Assembly (NCBI GenBank): GCA_965204745.1
Contig: OZ242010.1
Coordinates: 1,344,001-1,408,000, forward strand
Reading direction: 5' to 3'
Origin: Candidatus Latescibacterota bacterium
GTDB taxonomy: Bacteria > Latescibacterota > UBA2968
DNA length: 64,000 bases
This document shows positions 29,395 to 39,640 of the stretch, one piece after another. The position numbers and the translations under genes were made by a program. Each line of letters opens with the position of its first letter. The first letter of the stretch is position 1. The notes beneath the pieces are model-generated. The model made no database searches. It worked only from the letters and a program-made list of their open reading frames with translations, and was not told the origin of the DNA.

Positions 29395-29715
29395 ATGGTA
29401 TTCATCGAAACATCCGTATTTACGCGTTGCGTTCAAAATGCCCTGACCGACGAGCATTATCGCAGTCTGCAACACCTTTTGGTCCATCGCCCGGATATCG
29501 GCGTTGTCATTCCCAACAGCGGTGGTTTGAGGAAGATGCGATGGTCCATACCAGGGCGGGGCAAGCGCAGTGGTGTTCGTATCATTTACTTTTGGGCTGT
29601 GAGGCAAAATCAAATTCTGATGCTTTTGGTATATTCCAAAAACGAAAAAGACGACTTAACGCCAAGGGAACTCAGGGCGTTAAGACGCATTGTTGAGGAG
29701 GAGTATCCGAAATGA
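29395..29715 (+). CDS. RelE/HigB-family toxin
   Basis: FIET..F, G.VIP.SGGLRK.RW, GKR.G.RIIY and YSKNE..DL motifs. Confidence 0.85.
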   Translation: MVFIETSVFTRCVQNALTDEHYRSLQHLLVHRPDIGVVIPNSGGLRKMRWSIPGRGKRSGVRIIYFWAVRQNQILMLLVYSKNEKDDLTPRELRALRRIVEEEYPK

Positions 29716-30059
29716 AAAAAGAATTATTTGACGATCTACTTCAAAGTGTGCGCGAGGCGGGTGCGATCATGCAAGGCGAGACAGCGCCGAGTCGCGTGTT
29801 TGATTTTGCGCCGCTGGACGTCAAAGCCATTCGCAAAAAGCTCAACAAATCTCAGCGCGAATTTGCACTCATGATCGGTGTGAGCACGTCAAAATTGCAA
29901 AATTGGGAACGGGGATGTTGCATGCCTCATGGGCCTGTCCAGGCATTGTTAAAAATAGCAAAAAAAAATCCCCGAGCATTTGTCGAGGCATTGGAGGAGT
30001 GGGAGAATCCGCTTTTGGCAAATCAGCGGATTTCGTCCGGGCAACAGGATCAAAAATGA
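29712..30059 (+). CDS. HigA-like XRE HTH antitoxin
   Basis: IRKKL..SQ.EFA..IGVS...LQNWE.G; ATGA overlap with the toxin. Confidence 0.85.
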   Translation: MKKELFDDLLQSVREAGAIMQGETAPSRVFDFAPLDVKAIRKKLNKSQREFALMIGVSTSKLQNWERGCCMPHGPVQALLKIAKKNPRAFVEALEEWENPLLANQRISSGQQDQK

Positions 30060-30068
30060 TCTATGAAC

Positions 30069-30106
30069 CAAAAAGCGGTGCATCGGCAGGTGCGCCGCTT
30101 TTTTTA
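30069..30106 (+). terminator. Intrinsic terminator
   Basis: AAAAAGCGGTGCATC...GGTGCGCCGC followed by a T run. Confidence 0.7.
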
Positions 30107-30114
30107 GGCACAAT

Positions 30115-32268
30115 ATGAAACGAGACGCAAAAAAAATGATCATCCCAGGCGTAGTGGGCGAGGTGTGTATCAAGCGCGGGGCGCACGGGTTTCCGCATAT
30201 CGCGGCGCGGGATGAACGAGATCGGTATTACGGCTTGGGATATGCCCACGGCAGGGATCGGCAAATGCACATGGGCTTGCTCAAGCTCATCGGACGGGGG
30301 CAGGCATCCGCGCATCTAAAAGCGAGTGATCCCTTGATCGCATCGGACAAATACATGCGCTGGCTCGATTTGGCAGGCGACGCGGCAGGGGAAGCGCGGC
30401 ATGTATCCGCGGAGGTGAAAGCGGTATTGGATGCGTATTGCAAAGGCGTCAACGACGCGGTTCGCGCCGCGGGAAGGCCGTTTGAGTTTGCATTGATGGG
30501 CTATCGACCCGACGACTGGACCCCGGCAGATGTCTTGCTGATGGTCAAATTGATAGGATTCGCGGGCCTGTCGCAAAGCCAGGCCGATCTGGAAAAATTG
30601 ATCGTTCAGATGATTCGACAAGGCGTGGCACCCGAGCGATTGAAAGCCCTCTTTCCGGCGATTCGGGAAGCGATACCCGACTCGCTCATCGACCTGCTCA
30701 AAAGCGCGCATCTCACCCATCCGATCATCCCGGCCACTGCGCGCGAGGTCTTGCCCAATTTTTCATCGAGCAACAACTGGGCAGTGCGTCCACAAAAAAC
30801 CGCGTCTGGACAGGCGATGTTGTGCGGGGATCCGCATTTGGCACTGCAACTGCCATCCGTGTGGTACCCGGCCGTGCTGGCTGGCGAGGGCGATTATTTG
30901 ATGGGCGCGACCCTGCCGGGCGTGCCCTTTGTGGCTATCGGACGCACGCGGCGATTGGCGTGGGCCGCGACTTATGGCACTGCGGATGTGTGCGATTATT
31001 TTGTCGAGGAAGTGAAAGCGGGAAAGTACAGAAGCGGGGATCAGTGGATGCCCCTGCGCGTGCGCGAGGAGATCATTCGGCCCAAAAATCGGGCGGCGAT
31101 AACACTCCGCGTTTGCGAAACAGAGCGCGGCTTGATCGAAGGCGAAGTCCAAGCGGATGGGTATTATCTCTGCTATGCGTGGACCGGCAAGCAAGTCAAG
31201 GGAACGGCCGCGGAATCACTAAACCGCATCTTGCAAATCGTGAAAGCACGGGACGCGGCAGAAGCGCGGGATGCGTTTGCAGGGCTGACATTCGCCCCGT
31301 TTAATTGGGTATTCGCAGACGCCGCCGGGAACATCGGCTACCAACTCGGCGGGCTGGTGCCCAAACAACCCGCAGGCACGTCCGGCTTGCTGCCGTATTT
31401 GGGATGGGAAAAAGAACAAAATTGGGATGGCATGGTCGATCCGAAATGGTACCCCCGCGCATTCAATCCGGCATGCGGATTTCTCGTCACGGCAAACAAC
31501 GACCTCAACCACTTGGGACGAGTCGCGCCGATGAAATTGCCCATCTCCTCGTATCGCGCAGACCGCATCCGCGACCTGTTGCGGGAAAAAGACGACCTGA
31601 CTGTGGCAGACATGAAGCGGATTCAAAACGACCGCTACGCACGTCAGGCAAAGGTGTTCATGGAGGTTATACGGCCGTTATTGCCCGAATCGAAAAACGG
31701 GGATATTTTGCGAAACTGGGATTTGCGTTACGATGCGGACTCGCTGGGTGCGACGCTTTTTGAGCGCGTTTATCGAGAACTCGTTTTGCTCGTTTTTGGG
31801 GATTGCGGATTGGGCCGCGAGGTCATCGCACATTTATTGAACGAGACCATGTTGTTCAACATCCTGCACGGGTATTTTGACCGCATTCTGTTGCGCGAGG
31901 CATCGGCGTCGCGCAAGGCCATGCAGACGGCGATAGAACGGGGGTTGCGAGAAAAAGCCATCCCCCACGGCGAGGCGCGCAAAATTTATGTCGAGCATCT
32001 GTTTTTTCGGGGCGCGTTGCCGCGATTTCTGGGATTTGATCGCGCCCTCGCAAATATCGGCAGTTGGTCCACCGTATCGCAAGCCAGCGTTTGCAACGCC
32101 GGTGCCCTCGCCGCGACGTTTCGGATGATCTGCGATTTTGCCGAAGATGCGCTCCACACCACCGTCGCAGGCGGCGCGTCCGACAGGCGTTTTTCCAAAT
32201 ACTACGCATCGGGATTGGAGGCGTGGAAACGGGGCGAGTACGAGGTGTTAGAGCCATTTGAGATTTAG
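30115..32268 (+). CDS. Penicillin acylase family Ntn-hydrolase
   Basis: G.PHI.A, GYAH..DR, SNNWAV nucleophile, DPHL and TANN motifs. Confidence 0.9.
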   Translation: MKRDAKKMIIPGVVGEVCIKRGAHGFPHIAARDERDRYYGLGYAHGRDRQMHMGLLKLIGRGQASAHLKASDPLIASDKYMRWLDLAGDAAGEARHVSAEVKAVLDAYCKGVNDAVRAAGRPFEFALMGYRPDDWTPADVLLMVKLIGFAGLSQSQADLEKLIVQMIRQGVAPERLKALFPAIREAIPDSLIDLLKSAHLTHPIIPATAREVLPNFSSSNNWAVRPQKTASGQAMLCGDPHLALQLPSVWYPAVLAGEGDYLMGATLPGVPFVAIGRTRRLAWAATYGTADVCDYFVEEVKAGKYRSGDQWMPLRVREEIIRPKNRAAITLRVCETERGLIEGEVQADGYYLCYAWTGKQVKGTAAESLNRILQIVKARDAAEARDAFAGLTFAPFNWVFADAAGNIGYQLGGLVPKQPAGTSGLLPYLGWEKEQNWDGMVDPKWYPRAFNPACGFLVTANNDLNHLGRVAPMKLPISSYRADRIRDLLREKDDLTVADMKRIQNDRYARQAKVFMEVIRPLLPESKNGDILRNWDLRYDADSLGATLFERVYRELVLLVFGDCGLGREVIAHLLNETMLFNILHGYFDRILLREASASRKAMQTAIERGLREKAIPHGEARKIYVEHLFFRGALPRFLGFDRALANIGSWSTVSQASVCNAGALAATFRMICDFAEDALHTTVAGGASDRRFSKYYASGLEAWKRGEYEVLEPFEI

Positions 32269-32306
32269 CGGATGGGCACGCACAGGGGAGGACGGAAGGG
32301 TGGGGC

Positions 32307-32344
32307 GGACTGACTACTGACCACTGACTACTGACTACTGACCA
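32307..32344. repeat. Heptamer microsatellite (CTGAC[TC]A)n; overlaps the rlmN stop codon
   Basis: Direct reading. Confidence 0.85.
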
Positions 32345-33380
32345 TTTCCTGATACAACTGTCCACACCCGGCCGCGATGTCGTCGCCTTTGCTGTAGCGG
32401 ACGGTTGCGGTTAGTTGCGCTTGGGTCAAGATGGCGACGAATTGGTCTATCGCACGTTGCGGAGGGCGTTGATAGGGCGCATCGTCAATGGGATTCCAGG
32501 GGATGACATTGATTTTGCACGGGATGTCGCGCACGAGGTCGATCAATCTGTGGGCGTCTTCGGGGGTATCGTTGAAGCCGTGTAGCAATACGTACTCAAA
32601 CGTCACCCATCGCTTGATCTGATCGTAGTAGGCGCGCACGGCGGACAGGAGTTCGGCAATGGGCCACTTGCGGTTGATCGGCATAATTTGGGACCGTTGC
32701 ACGTCGGTCGTCGCGTTGAGGGATACGGCGAGTCCGATTTTGAGTTTTTCGCGGGCGAGTTTTGCAATGCCCGGCACATGCCCCACGGTCGAGAGGGTGA
32801 TGCGGCGGATGCCGATGGCCGCGCCATAGTCCAGATTGATCAAGCGGATGGCCCGAAGCACCTGATCGAAATTGAGCAGGGGTTCGCCCATGCCCATCAT
32901 GACCACATGGGTCAATTCATCGCCTCGTTCGCGCAAAAATCGCTGCGCGTACAAAACTTGCTCGATGATCTCTGCCGCTGTCAAATTGCGGAGCAAGCCC
33001 ATGCGTGCGGTCGCGCAAAACTGGCAATCGAGCGGACAGCCCACTTGCGAGGACACGCACAGGGTTCGGCGTTTGCCATCCCGCATCAAAACGCTTTCCA
33101 CGCGCCGCTTGTCGGGCAACTCAAACAAGAACTTCTCGGTGTCTCGTGACGCGGATTCAATTTTTTCAACGCGGTTCAATGTCAAGAGTTTGAATTGGGC
33201 ATCCAACCGCGCACGCACGGCTTTGGACAAATTCGTCATGGACGTAAAATCCGTGACGCCCTTGTTGTAGAGCCAGTCGATCAGTTGCCGGGTTCTGTAC
33301 CTCTCCAAACCCATCTTGGACACATGTTGTGCCAATTCTTCGGGAAACAAGCCTTTGAGTTCAATTTTTTCAGCATCCAT
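32328..33380 (-). CDS. rlmN: 23S rRNA/tRNA m2A methyltransferase RlmN
   Basis: CVSSQVGCPLDCQFCAT radical-SAM motif, MGMGEP and G.DI.A.CGQL. Confidence 0.95.
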   Translation of the reverse strand: MDAEKIELKGLFPEELAQHVSKMGLERYRTRQLIDWLYNKGVTDFTSMTNLSKAVRARLDAQFKLLTLNRVEKIESASRDTEKFLFELPDKRRVESVLMRDGKRRTLCVSSQVGCPLDCQFCATARMGLLRNLTAAEIIEQVLYAQRFLRERGDELTHVVMMGMGEPLLNFDQVLRAIRLINLDYGAAIGIRRITLSTVGHVPGIAKLAREKLKIGLAVSLNATTDVQRSQIMPINRKWPIAELLSAVRAYYDQIKRWVTFEYVLLHGFNDTPEDAHRLIDLVRDIPCKINVIPWNPIDDAPYQRPPQRAIDQFVAILTQAQLTATVRYSKGDDIAAGCGQLYQEMVSSQ

Positions 33381-33535
33381 TTTCCGTCCTTTGTTCGGTT
33401 CGGATTACAACATATAGATATGCCCAACGCTGGAACCCTATATAATGCGGTTGACGTATCTGGCGATATGGTTTATTGTTTGGCGCACGTTCAGTCGGGA
33501 ATTGCGTCCATACTTTCACCGAGGGTCCCTCCCCC

Positions 33536-34957
33536 ATGTCGATTTACGATTACAGCCGTATCCCCTCATCCACTGAGCCGCGCAGGCAACGCAAGCAACG
33601 CAAACCGCGCAAACCGCGCAAACCGCGCCGGTGGTTCTTCCTCTTTTTGCTCATGGCGGTCAGCGCGATTTTTGGGCTTAACAACAATGCCGAAGAATAC
33701 GCATCGGCAAAAGCAAGTCCGGTCGGCGATGTCGCCGCAGAACTGCGCGCGGTCAAAGCGGCACTCGTCCCGCCGCCCGTTGTGCAAAATACCAAATTTT
33801 CGGGCTACATCGGCGCGAAAGAAAACCTCACGGAAGTATTGATGCGCGAAGGCATCTCGCGCGACGAGGTGCTCGAACTCGTCCGCGCATTTCGCAAAGG
33901 CGTGCCCCGCTCTGTATTCAACCCCAATGTGGTGCGGCGCGGCGACCACTACGAAGTGAGCATCGACGACGAGTATGCGATTCAGAATCTCAAATACATC
34001 AAGCACGGGGACCACGTAACCCGGGTCATCGCCAAGCGCGAAAATGGCGTGCTCAAGGCGTGGAAAGAAACCCTGCCCTTGCGCCGAGAGGTCGTGGTCG
34101 TATCGGGGCGGGTTCACGATTCGATATGGAACGCGCTTCAAAAAACAGGCGAAAATCCCGCGCTTTTGTGCGACAAGCTCGGATATATTTTTGAGTATTA
34201 TATCGACTTCTACAACGATTGTCAAAAAGGCGACCAGTTTTCTTTTGCCGTTGAAAAACTCTACGGCAAGTCCGGCGCCTTTGTGCGTTATGGCGATATT
34301 CTCGCGGCCGAGTACAAAGGCGGGAAGGAATCTTTTCAGGCATTTCGCTATGTGGATCCCACTGGCAATGACAATTATTACGACTCAAAAGGTCGGTCTT
34401 TGCAAGGGCTTTTCCTACGCAAGCCCCTAAATTTTACGCGCATCAGTTCCAAATTTGCCGCCCGCCGGTTTCACCCCATTTTGAAAAAGTACATCCCCCA
34501 TCACGGCGTGGATTATGCCGCGCCCCACGGCACGAAAATTTGGGCCATTGCCGATGGCACGGTTTCCTTTGTCGGCCGCAAAGGCGCGCTCGGCCACTAC
34601 GTGGAAATCAAGCACAACAATGGGTATAAAACCGGCTATGGGCACTTGAGCCGCTACGCGCGCGGCCTGAAACCGGGGCAGCGCGTAAAACAAAAACAGA
34701 CTATCGGGTATGTGGGTGCAACGGGCCGCGCGACCGGCCCGCACTTGCACTTCAATTTTTACGCGACGATCAATGGCAAATACAAACTGACCAATCCCAC
34801 GCGGACGATCAACCGGCCCACCGGCAGCCCGGTGCCCGCGAAGTACATGGCGCATTTCCGCCAGCAACGCGATCAGTACTTCGCGCTGTTAGACCGCACG
34901 GGCGGTTCGGTCGTCACTGCCATCTTGCCCCCGATCCCAACAGTCGCAGCCGAATGA
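33536..34957 (+). CDS. M23 family peptidoglycan endopeptidase (MepM-like)
   Basis: HHGVDYAAP, YGHLS and TGRATGPHLHF motifs; N-terminal TM segment after RKP repeats. Confidence 0.9.
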   Translation: MSIYDYSRIPSSTEPRRQRKQRKPRKPRKPRRWFFLFLLMAVSAIFGLNNNAEEYASAKASPVGDVAAELRAVKAALVPPPVVQNTKFSGYIGAKENLTEVLMREGISRDEVLELVRAFRKGVPRSVFNPNVVRRGDHYEVSIDDEYAIQNLKYIKHGDHVTRVIAKRENGVLKAWKETLPLRREVVVVSGRVHDSIWNALQKTGENPALLCDKLGYIFEYYIDFYNDCQKGDQFSFAVEKLYGKSGAFVRYGDILAAEYKGGKESFQAFRYVDPTGNDNYYDSKGRSLQGLFLRKPLNFTRISSKFAARRFHPILKKYIPHHGVDYAAPHGTKIWAIADGTVSFVGRKGALGHYVEIKHNNGYKTGYGHLSRYARGLKPGQRVKQKQTIGYVGATGRATGPHLHFNFYATINGKYKLTNPTRTINRPTGSPVPAKYMAHFRQQRDQYFALLDRTGGSVVTAILPPIPTVAAE

Positions 34958-34994
34958 TTGCGCCGACCGGTTTTGTCGAAGAGGAATCGCGGTT

Positions 34995-36146
34995 ATGAAA
35001 GTGGCCTATTTCGACTGTTTTGCCGGCATCAGCGGCGACATGACCTTGGGCGCGCTCGTGGATGCGGGGCTTTCTTTTTCTGCCTTAAAATCCGAACTCG
35101 ACAAACTGGCTGTGCGCGAATTTGCCATTTCCCGGCGGCGCGTTGAAAAACACGGCATCGCTGGCACAAAAGTCGATGTCCACGCACGGGAAGGCCACGT
35201 TCACCGCCACTTGAAGCACGTCCTTGAAATCATCGACAGCAGTTCTATTTCTCCCTCGGCCAAAGAAAGCGCGGGCCGCGTTTTTCAGAAACTCGCCGAA
35301 GCCGAAGCCGAAGTTCACGGCACGACCATTGACGCGGTTCACTTTCACGAGGTGGGGGCGGTGGATGCCATCGTCGATGTCGTCGGCGCGGTTGTGGGCT
35401 TGGAATTGCTCGGCATCGAAGCGGTCTATGCCTCCAGATTCCGGTTTGGGTCGGGCCAAACCCGGGGCGCGCACGGCGCGATGCCTGTCCCGGTGCCCGC
35501 TGTCGTCGAAATGACAAAGGGCTTCCCCACCGAACGCACGGATATACCCCATGAACTCGTCACGCCCACGGGTGCCGCTCTCCTCACGGCACTCGCATCG
35601 GGCATTGGCGACGATATTCGGCTTCGCACGGAAAGTACGGGATACGGCGCGGGCGCGCGCGATGTCGAGCAAGTGCCCAATCTCCTGCGCGTGGAGATCG
35701 GCGAACTCGTTGCGGATTCGCGGACAGACGCTCCCATTTTGTTGGAGACGAATATCGACGATATGTCCCCGGAAATTTACGGATATCTCATCGACCGCTT
35801 GTTTGAAGCCGGCGCGCGCGACGCTTTTCTCACGCCCGTGATCATGAAAAAAGGCCGCCCAGGCATTCAACTCACGGTTCTGGTCGACCCAAACAAAGAA
35901 ACCGAACTCACGGAACTCATCTTTTTGGAAACCACCACCCTCGGCATTCGCCGCATGCCGGTTCAACGCCACCTGCTCGAGCGGCATTCAGACACCCTCC
36001 AAACGCCCTTTGGCCCTGTTCGCGTCAAAATCGCCACTATCGGCGGCAAACGGCGCGTCTCACCCGAATACGACGACTGTGCGCGCATTGCCCGCGAAAA
36101 ACACCTGCCCATCCTCGACGTGTACAAAGCCATCCACTCACCATAA
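34995..36146 (+). CDS. larC: Nickel pincer cofactor biosynthesis protein LarC
   Basis: YFDC..GISGDM.LGAL, HFHEVGA.D, TPTGAA, ETNIDD, MKKGRP and PEYDDC motifs. Confidence 0.92.
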   Translation: MKVAYFDCFAGISGDMTLGALVDAGLSFSALKSELDKLAVREFAISRRRVEKHGIAGTKVDVHAREGHVHRHLKHVLEIIDSSSISPSAKESAGRVFQKLAEAEAEVHGTTIDAVHFHEVGAVDAIVDVVGAVVGLELLGIEAVYASRFRFGSGQTRGAHGAMPVPVPAVVEMTKGFPTERTDIPHELVTPTGAALLTALASGIGDDIRLRTESTGYGAGARDVEQVPNLLRVEIGELVADSRTDAPILLETNIDDMSPEIYGYLIDRLFEAGARDAFLTPVIMKKGRPGIQLTVLVDPNKETELTELIFLETTTLGIRRMPVQRHLLERHSDTLQTPFGPVRVKIATIGGKRRVSPEYDDCARIAREKHLPILDVYKAIHSP

Positions 36147-36334
36147 CGTGCGAACATCCCAAATATCAGCACCCAATGGGGAGACGATATCCACTTCCTC
36201 GAGGACTGTTCCTTTCAATGTCCCCGGTGTTGCTACCCCCTCTGAAACATTTGTCAGGATCACGGGTTCGCCTGTTTGAACGATCTGTTCCAAAATACCC
36301 TGTGTCCGAATTCCTTCACGCTCCATATCTCCAT
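36138..36334 (-). pseudogene. Frameshifted Phd/YefM-like antitoxin
   Basis: MEIWSVKEF after RBS GGAGGGAG; a second frame continues ILEQIVQTGEPVILT...GTLKGTV...DIVSP. Confidence 0.45.
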
Positions 36335-36635
36335 CACTCCCTCCATTCGTTTTACTCTTTTTCCATTCCTTCCAGCACGCACAGCAGATTTGCCAGCGAT
36401 ACGATTTCTCCTTTGGTTGCAATGGGTGCAACGTCTTCCTCTGCTGTGCCGAACACAAACCATTCAAACTCGCGCAAGAACGCCAAGCAATGCCATTGGC
36501 CCGTGCGCGCGTGGTCTTCGCTACACAATTCCCGGGGAATCGGGCATCCGTCGTACAAGCCGCGTGGGCAGGGTCTGCGCTTTTTGGGCATGGCTGTGTC
36601 CGTTGGGAAAAGGCGAATATTCGCGGTGGAGAGGG

Positions 36636-37979
36636 CTACAGGATTTTGAGGTACTGATCCAGTTCGTAACCCGTTACCTGTGCCCTGTAATTCGCCCATT
36701 CGATCTTTTTGTTTGCGATGAATTTTTCAAAGACGTGATCGCCCAAGGCATTGCGGAGCAGATCGCTGTGCTCGGCGCGTTCAATGGCCTGTGAGAGATC
36801 CAGGGGCAGGGTTTGAATGCCCGCTTTTTCGCGCTCGGTGCTGGACATCTCGGCGACATTCTTTTCCATTTGCGGGGGCAATGGATAGCGGTTTTCAATG
36901 CCTTCTAACCCGGCGGCCAGCATCATGGCAAATGCCAGATAGGGATTGCAGGCCGGGTCGGGCGACCGGTATTCGACTCGCGTCGTGCTCGCTTTGCCCG
37001 GGGAGTAGGCGGGCACGCGCACCAGGTCCGAGCGGTTGACCGCGGACCAGGTGGTGTATAGCGGGGCTTCATACCCCGGCACCAGTCGCTTGTAGGAATT
37101 GACCCACTGATTGGTCACCAAGGTCATCTCGCAGGCATGGGCGAGGAGGCCGGCGATAAAGAATTGGGCGGTCTCCGACAGGTGATACGCATTGCGCTCG
37201 TCGTAAAACGCATTGGTTTCGCCTTGAAACAGGGACATGTTCGCGTGCATGCCATTGCCGTTGACGCCGAAGACCGGCTTGGGCATGAACGTGGCCCAAA
37301 CCCCGTGTTTTACGGCGATTTCTTTTACCACCAAGCGGTAGGTCATCGCATTGTCGGCCATGGTCAGCGCGTCCGTATAGAGCAAGTCGATTTCGTGCTG
37401 GCTGGGCGCGTCTTCGTGATGGCTGGACGCCACCTCAATGCCCATTTTCTCCAGGGTCAGCACGGTATCCCGGCGCAAATCGCTCGCCACGTCCAAAGGC
37501 GTCAGGTCGAAATATCCGCCTTCGTCCAAGCCCTTGAGCGGGGCTTCGGGTTTTTGAAAATAGAAAAACTCCATTTCTGGACTCACGTAAAACGCAAAGC
37601 CCAGATCGCCTGCGCGTTTGAGATTTTTTTTGAGCACCCAACGCGGGTCTCCCGGATAGGGGTTGCCGCCCGGCTGCCGAATGTCGCAAAACATCCGCGC
37701 CACCGTGCCTTCTTCCTGCGGGCGAAAGGGCAACACCTGAAAGGTATTGGGATCGGGCATGGCGATCATGTCGCTCTCGTCCATGCGCGCAAAGCCCTCT
37801 ACGGACGACCCGTCAAACCCAATGCCTTCGGTGAGTGCCTCGTGGAGTTGCTCGACGGGAATGGCCACGCTTTTTAAGAGTCCCAAAATGTCGGTGAACC
37901 AGAGTCGGATAAATTTGACCCGGTGTTCTGACGCGGCGTTCAACACGTATTCACGGCTTCCTGCATCCATCGTTCTCAC
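36636..37979 (-). CDS. glnA: Glutamine synthetase type I
   Basis: FDGSS.EG, HHE.A..QHEI, TFMPKP, NSYKRLVPGYEAP and EYRSPDP..NPYLA motifs. Confidence 0.95.
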   Translation of the reverse strand: MRTMDAGSREYVLNAASEHRVKFIRLWFTDILGLLKSVAIPVEQLHEALTEGIGFDGSSVEGFARMDESDMIAMPDPNTFQVLPFRPQEEGTVARMFCDIRQPGGNPYPGDPRWVLKKNLKRAGDLGFAFYVSPEMEFFYFQKPEAPLKGLDEGGYFDLTPLDVASDLRRDTVLTLEKMGIEVASSHHEDAPSQHEIDLLYTDALTMADNAMTYRLVVKEIAVKHGVWATFMPKPVFGVNGNGMHANMSLFQGETNAFYDERNAYHLSETAQFFIAGLLAHACEMTLVTNQWVNSYKRLVPGYEAPLYTTWSAVNRSDLVRVPAYSPGKASTTRVEYRSPDPACNPYLAFAMMLAAGLEGIENRYPLPPQMEKNVAEMSSTEREKAGIQTLPLDLSQAIERAEHSDLLRNALGDHVFEKFIANKKIEWANYRAQVTGYELDQYLKIL

Positions 37980-38032
37980 CTGTCTGTGGGGGTGAACAGC
38001 GCAACTATGACGGGCAAACGTACGCTTCTTAT

Positions 38033-38059
38033 ATTTCGGGCGGGTTTCACGGGTGTTTC
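38033..38059 (-). promoter_or_regulatory. Three GAAAY direct repeats at 11-bp period upstream of glnA
   Basis: Minus strand GAAAC-acccgt-GAAAC-ccgccc-GAAAT. Confidence 0.35.
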
Positions 38060-38083
38060 ACCGAGATTAAGAATCGGCATGGT

Positions 38084-38108
38084 AAAAAAAAAACGCGGCA
38101 TCGCCGCG
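38084..38108 (-). terminator. Intrinsic terminator
   Basis: Minus strand CGCGGC-GAT-GCCGCG followed by T10. Confidence 0.65.
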
Positions 38109-38131
38109 CTCTTTTAATCGACATCCTATTC

Positions 38132-38638
38132 CTATTGAACCCGCGTCCACGTATCGACCCAGGCCCCGTTGTATGAGGTCGTTAGGGTATTGCCTTGAAA
38201 AACCCATTGCCGGTCGTCGTGTGCGATTTCGATTTTGTCGCCCTCAACCGTGATTTTGCCCTTTATTGTTTTGCCTTTGGGATAGATCGACATCGGGGCT
38301 TCGGCGGATGAGCGATACCCTTGGCGCACCAGCACGTAACGGGCCCGGGTAATGGCCGACGTGGAAATTTCATAGGTGCTGGCGGCATAGTTGAATCGCC
38401 GGGGCGTGCCGTCCTGCAAATCTTCGAGCAGATTGAGGGCGATGTGGGCTTTGCGGGAACTGATCGGCTCCCAAAAGAGCGCGCCTTTGATCTGCGGGTC
38501 GCGCAACACAGTGCCATCTTGCAACTGGCGATTTTGCAAGAGCCATGTGCCCGCCAACTGGGTTTGCATGTCCGACAAACGATCACTACATCCCTGCGTT
38601 GCGAACGCAAAAAAGAGGAATACCATCAGGCGTTTCAT
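38132..38638 (-). CDS. Putative lipoprotein (lipocalin-like)
   Basis: MKR plus hydrophobic stretch plus TQGC lipobox-like motif; LAGTW motif. Confidence 0.6.
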   Translation of the reverse strand: MKRLMVFLFFAFATQGCSDRLSDMQTQLAGTWLLQNRQLQDGTVLRDPQIKGALFWEPISSRKAHIALNLLEDLQDGTPRRFNYAASTYEISTSAITRARYVLVRQGYRSSAEAPMSIYPKGKTIKGKITVEGDKIEIAHDDRQWVFQGNTLTTSYNGAWVDTWTRVQ

Positions 38639-38712
38639 CTCGACCTCCGTAGCAAGTTATCACCTCAAAACGAACGGATACAGTATATTTTTGGATTTGC
38701 ACCCTGTCAAGC

Positions 38713-38743
38713 CAAAAAAAGAGCACCCGAAGGTGCTCTTCTT
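38713..38743 (-). terminator. Intrinsic terminator after the sigma factor gene
   Basis: AAGAGCACC-CGAA-GGTGCTCTT with an A run on the + strand. Confidence 0.75.
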
Positions 38744-38757
38744 CAACGCTCAAAAAA

Positions 38758-39609
38758 TCAGGTCGTTTCCAACAAGGGCTCGAGTTGCGAGCGCCGGCGC
38801 GGATGGCGCAATCGGCGGAGTGCTTTCTCCTTGATTTGCCGCACGCGCTCTCGGGTCAAATTGAAGCGCACGCCGATCTCTTCCAGCGTGAGTGGCTCTT
38901 CGCCGCCCAGGCCGAAATACAGGCGCAACACTTTGATCTCGCGGTCATCCAAAGAGGTGAGCACGTCTCTGACTTGTTCGCGCACCGAGTTTTGCACGAC
39001 TTCCGCATCGGGTGCTTTCTGCGTTTCGTCGGGCAACACATGCAACAGGCTGTGGTCGTCTTCCTCGCGGAAAGACGCATCCAGAGAATAGACGTCGCGC
39101 GCGCGCAGGAGCGTATCTTTCACCATCTCGACTGACACGCCGAGTTCTTTGGCGACGGTTTCGGGTTCGGGTTCGGCCTCGCTCGCTTGCCGCAGTTCAC
39201 GCGACACTTTTGAAATGTTGTGCAACAAGTCGATGCGGTTGATGGGCAAGCGCACGACCCGCGCGTCCTGTGCCAAGCTCTGGTGAATCGCCTGACGGAT
39301 CCACCACACGGCATAGGAGATAAACTTAAAACCGCGCGTGCCATCAAATCGCTCGGCCGCCGTCATGAGGCCCATGTTTCCCGCGCTGATCAAATCGGCC
39401 AGGGGCACGCCGTGGTTTTGATATTCGCGGGCCACGCTCACCACAAAGCGGAGGTTGGCCGCCACCAGTTTATCTCGGGATCTCTGGCAACCTTTATGGA
39501 TTTTCTTTGCAAGTGCAATTTCCTCTGCGCTCGAAAGGGGTTCGGACGAGGCAATGTCTCGCAAATACAGGTCCAAAGACTCACTGTCTTGAATCATAAT
39601 TCTAGGCAA
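38758..39609 (-). CDS. RpoD/SigA-family sigma70 factor lacking region 1.1
   Basis: NLRFVVSVA, DLI..GN.GL..AAERFD, FISYAVWWIRQ and TRERVRQI motifs. Confidence 0.92.
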   Translation of the reverse strand: MPRIMIQDSESLDLYLRDIASSEPLSSAEEIALAKKIHKGCQRSRDKLVAANLRFVVSVAREYQNHGVPLADLISAGNMGLMTAAERFDGTRGFKFISYAVWWIRQAIHQSLAQDARVVRLPINRIDLLHNISKVSRELRQASEAEPEPETVAKELGVSVEMVKDTLLRARDVYSLDASFREEDDHSLLHVLPDETQKAPDAEVVQNSVREQVRDVLTSLDDREIKVLRLYFGLGGEEPLTLEEIGVRFNLTRERVRQIKEKALRRLRHPRRRSQLEPLLETT

Positions 39610-39640
39610 GGGGAAACCTCCTAAAAGAGATGGGGAGATG

